From: Polyangiaceae bacterium
Lineage (GTDB): Bacteria; Myxococcota_A; Polyangia; Polyangiales; Polyangiaceae
NCBI GenBank assembly: GCA_044222475.1
Contig: JBGANF010000087.1
Coordinates: forward strand, 1-35,050
DNA length: 35,050 nucleotides
Direction of reading: 5' to 3'
Shown here in pieces: positions 19,078 to 27,949 of the stretch. The notes beneath the pieces are model-generated. The model did no database searches. It was not told the origin of the DNA and saw only the letters and a list, made by a program, of their open reading frames with translations. The first letter of the stretch is position 1, and the number at the start of each line of letters is the position of its first letter. The position numbers and the translations under genes were made by a program.

Positions 19078-21222
19078 ATGGATCTGCTCGTCCGTACCTC
19101 GCTCGCCGTGCGCAGGGTGTTGCGCGCGGGCACGGGGACGACGGTCGCCTGCGCCCTCGGGATGTACGCGCTCTTCTTCGCGCGCGCGATGCCGCCGGCC
19201 GCGTCGCTGCTCGCCGCGGCGTTCCCTGCGGTGATGCTCGCCTCGCGCGTTCGCCGGAAGGTCCGCCTCGCGAGCGACGCCCCCATCCACGTCGACCTCG
19301 ACCTCGGGCTCCTCGCCGGGGCGCTGTTCGCGCTCGTTCCCATGTTGGGACCGTCGGTCGAGAACGTGTCGACCGCGCTCTCGTACTTCCTCCTGGCGTT
19401 CCTGGCCGCGTTCGTCCGCCCGTCGGCCGCGATCGTCGCCCTCCTGTGGATCCTCGGTCTCGAGGCTGCGGCGCGCGCCATCACCTTCGGCAGCGTCGAC
19501 TGGCTCGCCCTCGCGCCGCGCGCCGGGCTCTCGACCGCGTTCGTCCTGCTGAACCTGCTGTTCCTCCGCGGCGAGGTCGCCCGCATCCGCAGCGCCGCGC
19601 GCGCGCGCATCGACGACGAGCTGCGCCGATTGAAGGACGACGCCCGTAGCTACCGCTTGCTCGGCGCTGGGGACGGTCAAGAGCGCAGTGAAGACCGCCT
19701 CGAGCGGTCGTCGGTCGAAGAGATCCAGAAGGCGGTTCACTACGCGCTCGAGCTCCTTCGGCGCACGCTCGACGGTCACACCGCGGTGCTGCTGTGGCTC
19801 AACGACTCGGGCACGCACCTTCGGATCAGCGAGCTCTCCACCGTCAGCGACGACGTCAACGACGCACCGTTCGCGGTCGGTGACGGCGTCCTCGGGGCGG
19901 TCGTGGCGCGCAAGGAGCGCGTCGCGCTCGGCAACCTGAAGCCCTCCTACAAAGTCCCGTACTACGCGGGCGCCAACCCGGCGCGGGTCCTCCTCGCGCT
20001 CCCCATCGTCGAAGATCAGACCCTGCGCGGGATCCTCGCCGTCGATCGCTCGCAGAACGTCGCGTTCACGGAGCAGGACGAAGAGCTCGCGGCGCAGGCC
20101 GCGCGCTACTGCCTCCGCGCGATCCAGAACGAGCGCGTCTTCGTGCAGCTCGAGCGCGCCAAGGTCGAGCAGGGGAAGCTCTACCGCGCCGCGCAGTCGC
20201 TCGGCGCCGCCCTCAGCGAGAAGGACGTCCTCGAAGCGGGCGTGCGCGCCGCGCGCGAGATCGCGAGCTTCGATCTCGCGGCGGTCACCCTGTTCGACGA
20301 AGCGACGAAGCAGCACGAGGTCGTCGCGGCGACGAGCCAAGGCGGCGAGATCGACGACCTCGTCGGTGCGCGTTTCGCCCACAACGCAGGCCTCGTGGCG
20401 ATGGTCGTGCAGAACCGGTTCCCGCTCCCCTACAAGGGCGAGTACGACCCGTCGCGCCAGGTGGTACTCACGCGCAACTACCCGTGGCCCAAGCTGCCGT
20501 CGCTGCTCGTGCTCCCGCTCGTGCTCCACGACCGCCCGCTCGGCACGCTGATCCTCGGCGCGCGGAGGCGCCACGCGTTCGGTGACGCGGTGCGGCCCAC
20601 GCTCGAGGTCCTCGCGAGCCACCTCGCGGTGTCGCTGTCGAACGCGCGCATGGTGCACAAACTCGAGACGATGGCGACGACCGACGGCCTCACCGGTCTC
20701 CTCAACAAGCGCGCGATGCTCGAGAACGCGCAGCAGAAGGTCGCCGCTGCGGCGCGCTTCGGCCGCAAGCTGAGCGTGCTCGTGACCGACATCGACTTCT
20801 TCAAGAAGGTCAACGACACGCACGGCCACGACGTGGGCGACGTGGTCATCAAAGGCCTGGGCGAGATCCTCAAGCGGCAGAAGCGCACGACCGACATGGT
20901 GGCGCGCTTCGGCGGGGAAGAGTTCGTGCTCCTCTGCGAGCAGACCGACGAGAAGGGCGCGATGCTCCTCGCCGAGCGCATCCGCGAGGAGCTCGGCAAG
21001 ACCGTGTTCCACACGCCCGATGGGCCGCTCAGCGTGACCTGCTCGATTGGCGTCGCCACGTTCCCCGAAGCCGGCAAGGAGTGGGAGCACCTGTTCAAGG
21101 CGGCCGACGAAGCGCTCTACGTGTCGAAGCGCTCCGGGCGCGACCGCTGCACTGCGTGGGCCCCGCCGCGTACCAAACCGGTACCGGGAGCGCCTCCGTC
21201 GACGAAGCGCCTGGCGGGCTGA
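19078..21222 (+). CDS. Membrane-bound diguanylate cyclase (TM-GAF-GAF-GGDEF)
   Basis: Hydrophobic N-terminal ~165 aa, two GAF-like regions, TDGLTGLLNKR, DIDFFKKVND..GH..GD, I-site RTTD five residues before GGEEF, ADEALY.SK..GR. Confidence 0.93.
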   Translation: MDLLVRTSLAVRRVLRAGTGTTVACALGMYALFFARAMPPAASLLAAAFPAVMLASRVRRKVRLASDAPIHVDLDLGLLAGALFALVPMLGPSVENVSTALSYFLLAFLAAFVRPSAAIVALLWILGLEAAARAITFGSVDWLALAPRAGLSTAFVLLNLLFLRGEVARIRSAARARIDDELRRLKDDARSYRLLGAGDGQERSEDRLERSSVEEIQKAVHYALELLRRTLDGHTAVLLWLNDSGTHLRISELSTVSDDVNDAPFAVGDGVLGAVVARKERVALGNLKPSYKVPYYAGANPARVLLALPIVEDQTLRGILAVDRSQNVAFTEQDEELAAQAARYCLRAIQNERVFVQLERAKVEQGKLYRAAQSLGAALSEKDVLEAGVRAAREIASFDLAAVTLFDEATKQHEVVAATSQGGEIDDLVGARFAHNAGLVAMVVQNRFPLPYKGEYDPSRQVVLTRNYPWPKLPSLLVLPLVLHDRPLGTLILGARRRHAFGDAVRPTLEVLASHLAVSLSNARMVHKLETMATTDGLTGLLNKRAMLENAQQKVAAAARFGRKLSVLVTDIDFFKKVNDTHGHDVGDVVIKGLGEILKRQKRTTDMVARFGGEEFVLLCEQTDEKGAMLLAERIREELGKTVFHTPDGPLSVTCSIGVATFPEAGKEWEHLFKAADEALYVSKRSGRDRCTAWAPPRTKPVPGAPPSTKRLAG

Positions 21223-21287
21223 GCCTCCGAGGCACGATCTGGCACAGCGTTCCTCGCGTCGTTTCGAGCACTTGCGCGAGCGTGGCA

Positions 21288-21303
21288 CGGCACGCTGATT
21301 GCT
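21288..21303 (+). promoter_or_regulatory. Candidate sigma-54 (-24/-12) promoter
   Basis: CGGCACGCTGATTGCT has GG at 21289-90, exactly 10 nt, then GC at 21301-02, matching TGGCACG-N4-TTGCW. Confidence 0.6.
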
Positions 21304-21314
21304 CTAGGCGGGGC

Positions 21315-21932
21315 ATGCGCTCCGCACCCGTCGTTGCCCTCGCCCTCGGTCTCGTCGCTCTTCTCTCGATTCATTGCGGAGGACGCGTCGACGCGCCCGC
21401 GGACTGTCCCACGAACCTCACCGGAGCGTGCTCCACGAACGCCGCGTGCACGCAGCACGTCACCGACTGCAGCGGCTCGTACGACGTGACCTGCACGTGC
21501 TCGAACGGGGCCTGGAGCTGTCCGAAGCAGGCTGGCTGTCCGAACCCGTGCGCGAACGCGCGGCAGGGCGCCTCCTGCTCGAGCGAGGGACTCTTCTGCC
21601 AAGAGGTCGACGCACCGAAGTGCCCATCGCCGCAGCCGCCGGGAGGGTGCACGTGCTCGAGCGGTCGGTTCTCGTGTATCCAAACCGCCTGTCCGGCGCC
21701 GCCGCCTGTTCCGTCGTGCCCGCCACCGTCCACGATCAAGGAAGGGGGCTTCTGCGATGGCAACGGGACATGCGGCGGAGTCCTCTCGTGCCCGAAAGGC
21801 GGCACCGTCGGCGTCGAGTTCGATTGCGTGAACGGCCGCTGGCAGATGTGGGAGTACTTCGCCGACCCCTGCGAGACGATCCAACCCGACGACGGCGGTG
21901 TCATCATCGTCGACGCGGGCTCGAAGGGCTGA
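21315..21932 (+). CDS. Cys-rich secreted protein/lipoprotein with repeated C.C..G.W.C modules
   Basis: Signal peptide ending LSIHC; three modules ending CTCSNGAWSC, CTCSSGRFSC and FDCVNGRWQ. Confidence 0.78.
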   Translation: MRSAPVVALALGLVALLSIHCGGRVDAPADCPTNLTGACSTNAACTQHVTDCSGSYDVTCTCSNGAWSCPKQAGCPNPCANARQGASCSSEGLFCQEVDAPKCPSPQPPGGCTCSSGRFSCIQTACPAPPPVPSCPPPSTIKEGGFCDGNGTCGGVLSCPKGGTVGVEFDCVNGRWQMWEYFADPCETIQPDDGGVIIVDAGSKG

Positions 21933-21977
21933 CCTCCCTAGTCGCACCAAGATCCCTTATGCTCACGCACGGAGGTC

Positions 21978-23135
21978 ATGGTGCGTCGAGTCACGACCGT
22001 AGCTCTCGTCGACACCGTCACCCCGCCGACCGATGCCTCGGCCGACACCATCTCCGCCGACGTCACCGCCGACGCTGATGGCGGCACGCCCTGCGCGCCC
22101 TTCGTCATGCCGGCCAGCTGCGGGGACGACGGCGGCATGCCCGATGGCCTCGAGTGCACCGGCCTCTACGGCGACTTCGCGAAGCGCACTCTCGCGTGCG
22201 ACGTCCGTGAGTTCGCGCCGGGCTTCCCGCTGTGGTCCGACGCCGCGCTCAAGCGCCGCTTCGTCTACCTCCCGCCGGGATCGAAGATCGACGTGACCGA
22301 CGTCGACGAGTGGACGTTCCCCGCCGGCACGAAGATGTGGAAGGAGTTCTCGCTAGCGACCGACGGCGGCGTCGAGGTCGTCGAGACCCGCTTCTTCTGG
22401 AAGGCGCCCGACAAGCTCGTCCCCGAGGGCATCTGGAAGTGGACGACGTTCGTGTGGTCCACCGACGGCAAGACGGCGACGCGAAACGACACCGGCCTGA
22501 CCAACGTTCGGGGGACCACGTACGAGATCCCCTCGCACGGTCAGTGCGACGGGTGTCACGGAGGCCGGCAGGACAAAGTCCTCGGCTTCGACGCGATCCT
22601 GATGAGCGCGCCGGAGGCCACCGGCTTCACCTACGGCGAGCTTCTGAGCTCCGGTCGCCTGAAGACGTCGTCCTCCGGTGGACCTCCAGCCGCGAGCGCG
22701 CTGCAGATCCCGGGGAAGCCCGGAGAGCGAGCCGCGCTCGGCTACCTCCACTCGAACTGCGGAGTCGCGTGCCACAACGCCTCGTCGCCGAGCCCCGCGA
22801 ACCTCTCCGGTCTTCACATGAAGCTGAAGTCCGATGCGCTCGGATCCGTCGCCGCCACGGACACCATCGTCACCGGCGCCAACAAGAAGCCAGGGAACAA
22901 CTGGCCGTTGCAGCCGCCTGCACCCGACGGCGGCTGGTACGCGATCCACCCTGGCGACGTGTCTCGCTCGCTCGTGCCTGCGCGCATGGCGATCCGCGAT
23001 CTCGACGTCGACGGCGGACGCGCGCAGATGCCTCCGATCATCAGTCACCGCATCGACGACGCTGGCGTGAGCACCGTCACGTCGTGGATCGGCTCGATGA
23101 CGGTCGATGGCGGCTATCCCGCGCCTGCGCCGTGA
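21978..23135 (+). CDS. Diheme c-type cytochrome (SO2930-like); export signal apparently missing
   Basis: GGAGG before the ATG; PLWSD.A.KRR, FP.GT...KEF, VETR, YEIPS..QCDGCH, YLHSNCGVACHN, MPPI…WI follow the SO2930-type layout. Confidence 0.8.
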   Translation: MVRRVTTVALVDTVTPPTDASADTISADVTADADGGTPCAPFVMPASCGDDGGMPDGLECTGLYGDFAKRTLACDVREFAPGFPLWSDAALKRRFVYLPPGSKIDVTDVDEWTFPAGTKMWKEFSLATDGGVEVVETRFFWKAPDKLVPEGIWKWTTFVWSTDGKTATRNDTGLTNVRGTTYEIPSHGQCDGCHGGRQDKVLGFDAILMSAPEATGFTYGELLSSGRLKTSSSGGPPAASALQIPGKPGERAALGYLHSNCGVACHNASSPSPANLSGLHMKLKSDALGSVAATDTIVTGANKKPGNNWPLQPPAPDGGWYAIHPGDVSRSLVPARMAIRDLDVDGGRAQMPPIISHRIDDAGVSTVTSWIGSMTVDGGYPAPAP

Positions 23136-23173
23136 GCATGGCGCGCCATCCGGAAGCGCGATAGAAACAGGGA

Positions 23174-24553
23174 ATGCGGCTTATCAAGGGGTTCGGGGGT
23201 TTGGGGCTCGCGGGTGTGCTCGTCCTGTTCGGGGCGGTCCAGGCGTGCGGTGACGACGCCACGGTGACGCCGGTGGACGGCGGTACGGTTGACTCGTCGA
23301 CGGACGGAAACCCGCCCGTCGACGGTTCGCCGGGCGATGGATCTCCAGGCGACGCGGCGCCCGACTCGCCGCCGGTCCCGGGCGACGCCGGCCCGTGCAT
23401 CGCGCAAGCGCCGACAATCCCGCCGCTGCGGATCATCCCGGTGTCGAACACGGCCGCGAACTTCTCGACGTTCGCAGCGCAGCCGAAGGGCTCGACCGAT
23501 TGGTACATCGTCGAGCAACGCGGGCGCATCCGGATCATCCGCAACGGTGCGATCCTCGCGACGCCCTTCCTCGACATCCAAGCGGCGATGGGAAACAACT
23601 ACGGCGAGCGCGGGCTGCTCTCCGTCGCGTTCCACCCCAACTACGCTCAGAACGGTCGCTTCTTCACGATGGGGACGCCCTCGGACGGGAGCGACGGGAC
23701 CTACGCGCCCCTCAACGCCGACGCCGTCGTCGAGTGGAAGCGCGACACGAACAACCCCGACATCGCCGTCCCGACCAAGGTCCGCGACATCGTCGTCTTG
23801 CCGGTGTCCGCCACCAACCACGACGGCGGAGGGATCAAGTTCGGGCCTGATGGCTACCTCTACGTCGGCACTGGTGACGGCGGCGGCGGCTGCGAGAGCG
23901 ACAAGCCCGGCCAGGTCCAAGACACCACCAAGCTGTTCGGGAAGATCCTACGGCTCGACGTCGACGGCGTGGCGCCGTTCGCCGCTCCGGGCAACCCGTT
24001 CACCAACGATGCGCGCGTGTACCACTACGGTCTGCGCAACCCGTTCCGGTTCAACTTCGACAGCCTCACGTTCGATCTGATCATCGGCGACGTGGGCCAG
24101 AACGCCTACGAAGAGGTTTCGTTCGCGCCGTTCAACGCTGGCGGCAAGAACTTCGGTTGGCCCACCTACGAAGGCGCCGTCATGGGCACGTGCGGCAACA
24201 AGCCGCTCGGCGGGCCGTCGCCCTACACGCCGCCGATCGTCTCGATCGACCGCACGAGCGGTAGCTCGAGCCCATTCAAGGACTACAGCTCGATCATCGG
24301 CGGGACGGTCTACCGCGGCGCCGCCATCCCGTCGCTCCAGGGCGTCATGCTCTTCGCCGACTACGCCGGCGCCGAGATGGGCGCGCTCCGCTACTGCAAC
24401 GGCACGGCGTACGGTCCCGTCGCGATCCCGCTCTCGAGCATCGTGACGCCGACCTCGCTCAACGCGATCAGCTCGTTCGTCGAAGGCAACGACGGCGAGC
24501 TCTACGTCACCTATGGGTTCTCGACCCGCATCGGGAAGATCGCGCCTCAATGA
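23174..24553 (+). CDS. PQQ-dependent glucose/sorbosone dehydrogenase (GSDH) family lipoprotein
   Basis: VQAC lipobox; ERGLLSVAFHPNY, H(D)GGGIKFGPDGYLYVGTGDGG, GKILRLDVD, GLRNPFRFNFD, DVGQNAYEEV, NFGWP..EG. Confidence 0.92.
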   Translation: MRLIKGFGGLGLAGVLVLFGAVQACGDDATVTPVDGGTVDSSTDGNPPVDGSPGDGSPGDAAPDSPPVPGDAGPCIAQAPTIPPLRIIPVSNTAANFSTFAAQPKGSTDWYIVEQRGRIRIIRNGAILATPFLDIQAAMGNNYGERGLLSVAFHPNYAQNGRFFTMGTPSDGSDGTYAPLNADAVVEWKRDTNNPDIAVPTKVRDIVVLPVSATNHDGGGIKFGPDGYLYVGTGDGGGGCESDKPGQVQDTTKLFGKILRLDVDGVAPFAAPGNPFTNDARVYHYGLRNPFRFNFDSLTFDLIIGDVGQNAYEEVSFAPFNAGGKNFGWPTYEGAVMGTCGNKPLGGPSPYTPPIVSIDRTSGSSSPFKDYSSIIGGTVYRGAAIPSLQGVMLFADYAGAEMGALRYCNGTAYGPVAIPLSSIVTPTSLNAISSFVEGNDGELYVTYGFSTRIGKIAPQ

Positions 24554-26199
24554 GGCGCGCACTCCTCGTGGGGCTCGGTTGTGCGGTCGTCTTCGCGACG
24601 ACGGCACACTGCGGGACGAGCGAGAACAAGTTCATCGTCGACGACGGCGGCGGCGGCAACGACGGCGGCATTCTCCCTGGCGACGACGGCGGGCTCATCG
24701 TTCCCGACGCCGCGCCCGACGTACCCGTCGTGGTCGACAAGTGCCACGTCCCACCCGACAACTCGTCGGGCAATGCGCCGACCTGCGTGACGCCGCCGCA
24801 GCCGCCGAACTCGTTCACTCCGAAGACCAAGTGGACCTGGGATGCCCCCCCTCCGGCCGGCAACGGCTACGAAGGCAGCATGGTGACGCCGCTCGTCGCG
24901 AACTTCACCGACGACGACAAAAACGGCGAGATCAACCTGTGCGACATCCCCGACGTCATCGTCACGTCGAACGGCGGCCCGATCGCCGCCAACGGGAAGA
25001 TCTACATGCTCGCCGGCAACACCGGTCAGCTCGAAGTGACCTTCGACGGCATCGTCGATGGGAGTGTGAACCCCGCGCTCGGTGACGTGGACAACGACGG
25101 CATCCCCGAGGTCGTCGCCGTCGACACCCAAGGTCACGTCGTCATCTACGACGAGAAGGGGAAGATCCAGACCGTCGGCCCCGACGTCGGGGCGTGGAAG
25201 GGGAACCAGAACTCGTACTGCAACGCGATCGCGATCTACGATCTCGATGCGGACGGAAAGCCCGAGATCATCGTCGCCTTCGAGGTGTTCGACAACCTCG
25301 GGAAGAAGAAGTTCGGCCACAACGTGTCCGCGTTCCAGGGTCAGTACTGGTGCCCGGCGAACACCGCTGCCGATCTCGACGGCGACGGCAAGCTCGAGGT
25401 GATCTTCGGCAACGCGGCGTACCACGCCGACGGGTCCGTCATGTGGACGATCCCCGGTCCGCCCGGCCAGCCCCAGGTCGCGAACCTCGACTCCGATCCC
25501 GATCCCGAGGTCTTCGTCGCTCGCATGGACGGTCTGCTCGTCCTCGAGCACACCGGGCAGATCAAGTTCGGGCCGTACAAGCCATTCAACGAACCCAACG
25601 CGCCCCAGTGCTGGAGCAAACCCGCCGCGATCCATGATTTCGACGGCGACGGGATCGCCGATCTCAACGCGTCGGCGTGTCAGAGCTTCGGCGTGATGAA
25701 GGTCGGTACGACCGGGCTCTCGCTCAACTGGTCCGCGCCAGTGAACGACACCTCAGGTCTCGCGTCGTCGACTGCGTTCGACTTCCTCGGCCGTGGGATC
25801 GCGAACGCCGTCTACGGCGATCAGGTCGCGCTCTACGTGATGGATGGGAAGACGGGCCAGCAGTACATGACGGCTCCGCGCTCCTCGGGAACGCTGATCG
25901 AGTACCCAGTCGTCGCCGACATCGACAACGACCAGAGCGCCGACATCATCGTCGTCTCGAACAAGAACGTGTCGGGCTACAAGCACACGATCGAGGCCTT
26001 CGAGGACACCCAGAAGCGTTGGATCCCGACGCGCCGCATCTGGAACCAGCACGCGTACCACGTGACGAACGTCCGCGAGGACGGGACGATCCCGAAGGTG
26101 ATGACGAAGAGCTGGACGAAGCTCAACACCTTCCGCACGAACTCGCAGATCCAAGGGGGCGGAGACTGCGCGCCGCCGCCCCCGAACCCGCCGAAGTAG
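24550..26199 (+). CDS. FG-GAP/VCBS-repeat lipoprotein (Ca-binding beta-propeller)
   Basis: Repeated DxDxDGxPE(V/I) motifs (DVDNDGIPEV, DLDADGKPEI, DLDGDGKLEV, DFDGDGIAD, DIDNDQSAD); C-terminal RRIWNQHAYHVTNV..DGTIP. ATGA overlap with the GSDH gene. Confidence 0.9.
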   Translation: MRRALLVGLGCAVVFATTAHCGTSENKFIVDDGGGGNDGGILPGDDGGLIVPDAAPDVPVVVDKCHVPPDNSSGNAPTCVTPPQPPNSFTPKTKWTWDAPPPAGNGYEGSMVTPLVANFTDDDKNGEINLCDIPDVIVTSNGGPIAANGKIYMLAGNTGQLEVTFDGIVDGSVNPALGDVDNDGIPEVVAVDTQGHVVIYDEKGKIQTVGPDVGAWKGNQNSYCNAIAIYDLDADGKPEIIVAFEVFDNLGKKKFGHNVSAFQGQYWCPANTAADLDGDGKLEVIFGNAAYHADGSVMWTIPGPPGQPQVANLDSDPDPEVFVARMDGLLVLEHTGQIKFGPYKPFNEPNAPQCWSKPAAIHDFDGDGIADLNASACQSFGVMKVGTTGLSLNWSAPVNDTSGLASSTAFDFLGRGIANAVYGDQVALYVMDGKTGQQYMTAPRSSGTLIEYPVVADIDNDQSADIIVVSNKNVSGYKHTIEAFEDTQKRWIPTRRIWNQHAYHVTNVREDGTIPKVMTKSWTKLNTFRTNSQIQGGGDCAPPPPNPPK

Positions 26200-26697
26200 C
26201 TACTTCGCCAGATCTTCGCTCAGCTTCGCGGCGATGTCGGCGACGAAGCGGTGCACCGAGGCATCGGCGAGCCGGCTCAGCGCGAGCGTGTCGACCGCGG
26301 CGCCGAGCGCGCCGAGCGGCGGCCGGTAGAGGCCGCGCAGATCGAGCTGCGTCTCGTCTTTGGAGAGCGCGTACACGCTGAGGACCGCCTCCATCGAAGG
26401 GAAGAGCCCCGGCGCGCGCGTCGCCTTCCACGACAGCGGGATCTTCAACGTGGGGACGTGGAACGGACCGTCGTTGGGCGTCTCTTCGATGGCGCCGACT
26501 TCGATCGTGACGTCGGTGCCGACCTCGAGGCTGCCGATCTTCGCGCGGAGGCTGGCTGCGACCGAGCCGGCGCGAGTGGCAGCGCCGGTCGTCGCTCGGC
26601 CGAAGATGCCGCCGGCGTCGGCGCGGAGCGCGTCGCGGACGGCTTCGTAGGGGCGATTGACGTACTCGTAGGCGCGGAGCTCGTGGGGCTGACTCAT
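26200..26697 (-). CDS. Hypothetical protein, possibly SRPBCC/START-like fold
   Basis: Globular protein with LFP.M...L…L.G.Y.PPLG..G…D and a C-terminal amphipathic helix; TAAGCT 7 nt before the ATG at 26697. The fold call is tentative. Confidence 0.65.
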   Translation of the reverse strand: MSQPHELRAYEYVNRPYEAVRDALRADAGGIFGRATTGAATRAGSVAASLRAKIGSLEVGTDVTIEVGAIEETPNDGPFHVPTLKIPLSWKATRAPGLFPSMEAVLSVYALSKDETQLDLRGLYRPPLGALGAAVDTLALSRLADASVHRFVADIAAKLSEDLAK

Positions 26698-26763
26698 GCG
26701 ACGCAGCTTAGCGAGATCATTGGACGAAGGCCACGATCGGCGCGAGTCCGAGCTCACCAGCCG

Positions 26764-27885
26764 TTACTTGGCGAGGCGCATGAGCGTCCCGCCGTCGTAG
26801 GTCACCCAATAGATGGCCTTGTCGTCGCTCGTCAGCGACCGCGGGCCGTATTGATCCGCGGCTCGCGTCACGGGCGGGTTGCCCGAGCAACCGGCGGCCG
26901 GGCATTCTCCGATCCGGTCGGAATACGCGATGAACATCCGCCCCCCGGTGATGAGGACGTCCGCGACGTCCTTCAGTCCAATCGCGACGGCATCACCGGT
27001 CGGGTATGGCAACGTACCGTCGAGCGCGGACTCCTGAATGCGGCGAATCGTGTTTCCGCTCGCACCGTAGAGGAACCCCGAGTCGAACAAGAACACTCCG
27101 GACGGCCCGATGAAGCCTGGGTCGAGCAACTTCGTTCGCGGAGAAATGCCGGTGATCGACGTCCGAAAGATGCCGTCGTAATAGGAAGTCCAGTGCACCG
27201 AGAAGTACAGGTTCGTGCCGTTGACGACGAACCGCTGCAGCACCAACGCTCCACCGTCTTGAGCGTACGGGACCGGCGCCGCGTTCGGTGCCGTCGATCG
27301 CTTGAGGATCCAGGTTCGATCGAACGCGTCGTACTTCGAGTAGATGATCTCGCCAGCGACGATCGTCAGCGCGCGGACCACGCCATCATCCAAGTTCTCG
27401 TAGCCGCCGGCGGACTTCGGGACGCGACCGAGCCCGTCGTAGCCGAGATAGATGTAGTTCCCATCGATCTCCATCGGTGCGGCGTCGAGTTGTAGAGAAG
27501 AGGGGAGCGAGATGGTGCTCTTCGGTCCGCCGCTCTTCCCGACGCGGGAGATTCTCCCCCCGAACAAGATTGGGTCGGTATCCAGGACGAACGCATCGGT
27601 GTCGTCGACGCGTACGATACGCGGGTGGTTCAAGCCACCAACAACCGCGACCGGCTGACAGACACCGCCAGAGCACGACCCACCGAGGCAGTCGTGTCCA
27701 CACGAACCGCAATTCTTGGGGTCGCTCGTGACGTCGAACCCGCAACCACTTGCGTCGACGAGGCCGCCTTCGTCTCCGGACGCGTCGGCGTCGATGCCTG
27801 CGTCGCTCGGTGCCTGTGCCGCGGTCGACGAGCACGCGAGCATCGACGTCGTCAGCAGGGCGACGAACGAGCGGAGCGCGGTCAT
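26764..27885 (-). CDS. Lipoprotein with D..NCG.CG..C module and beta-propeller
   Basis: MLAC lipobox, SDPKNCGSCGHDCLGGSCSGGVC, followed by about 40-aa blades (…D...IYW…G.l.R..K). Confidence 0.82.
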   Translation of the reverse strand: MTALRSFVALLTTSMLACSSTAAQAPSDAGIDADASGDEGGLVDASGCGFDVTSDPKNCGSCGHDCLGGSCSGGVCQPVAVVGGLNHPRIVRVDDTDAFVLDTDPILFGGRISRVGKSGGPKSTISLPSSLQLDAAPMEIDGNYIYLGYDGLGRVPKSAGGYENLDDGVVRALTIVAGEIIYSKYDAFDRTWILKRSTAPNAAPVPYAQDGGALVLQRFVVNGTNLYFSVHWTSYYDGIFRTSITGISPRTKLLDPGFIGPSGVFLFDSGFLYGASGNTIRRIQESALDGTLPYPTGDAVAIGLKDVADVLITGGRMFIAYSDRIGECPAAGCSGNPPVTRAADQYGPRSLTSDDKAIYWVTYDGGTLMRLAK

Positions 27886-27949
27886 CGCGAGATTCTAGGC
27901 CCCATGCTGGTCGATGAATACAGGAACCGGGTGCTCCGTCGAAGGGCCC

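Noticed and set aside
17149..21288. 1379-aa minus-strand ORF, and similar long ORFs such as 12172-15039, 7736-9763, 444-2054 and 29505-31220
   Set aside because: Antisense or off-frame shadows of real genes, expected in high-GC DNA with few stop codons; Arg/Ala/Gly-rich with no motifs.
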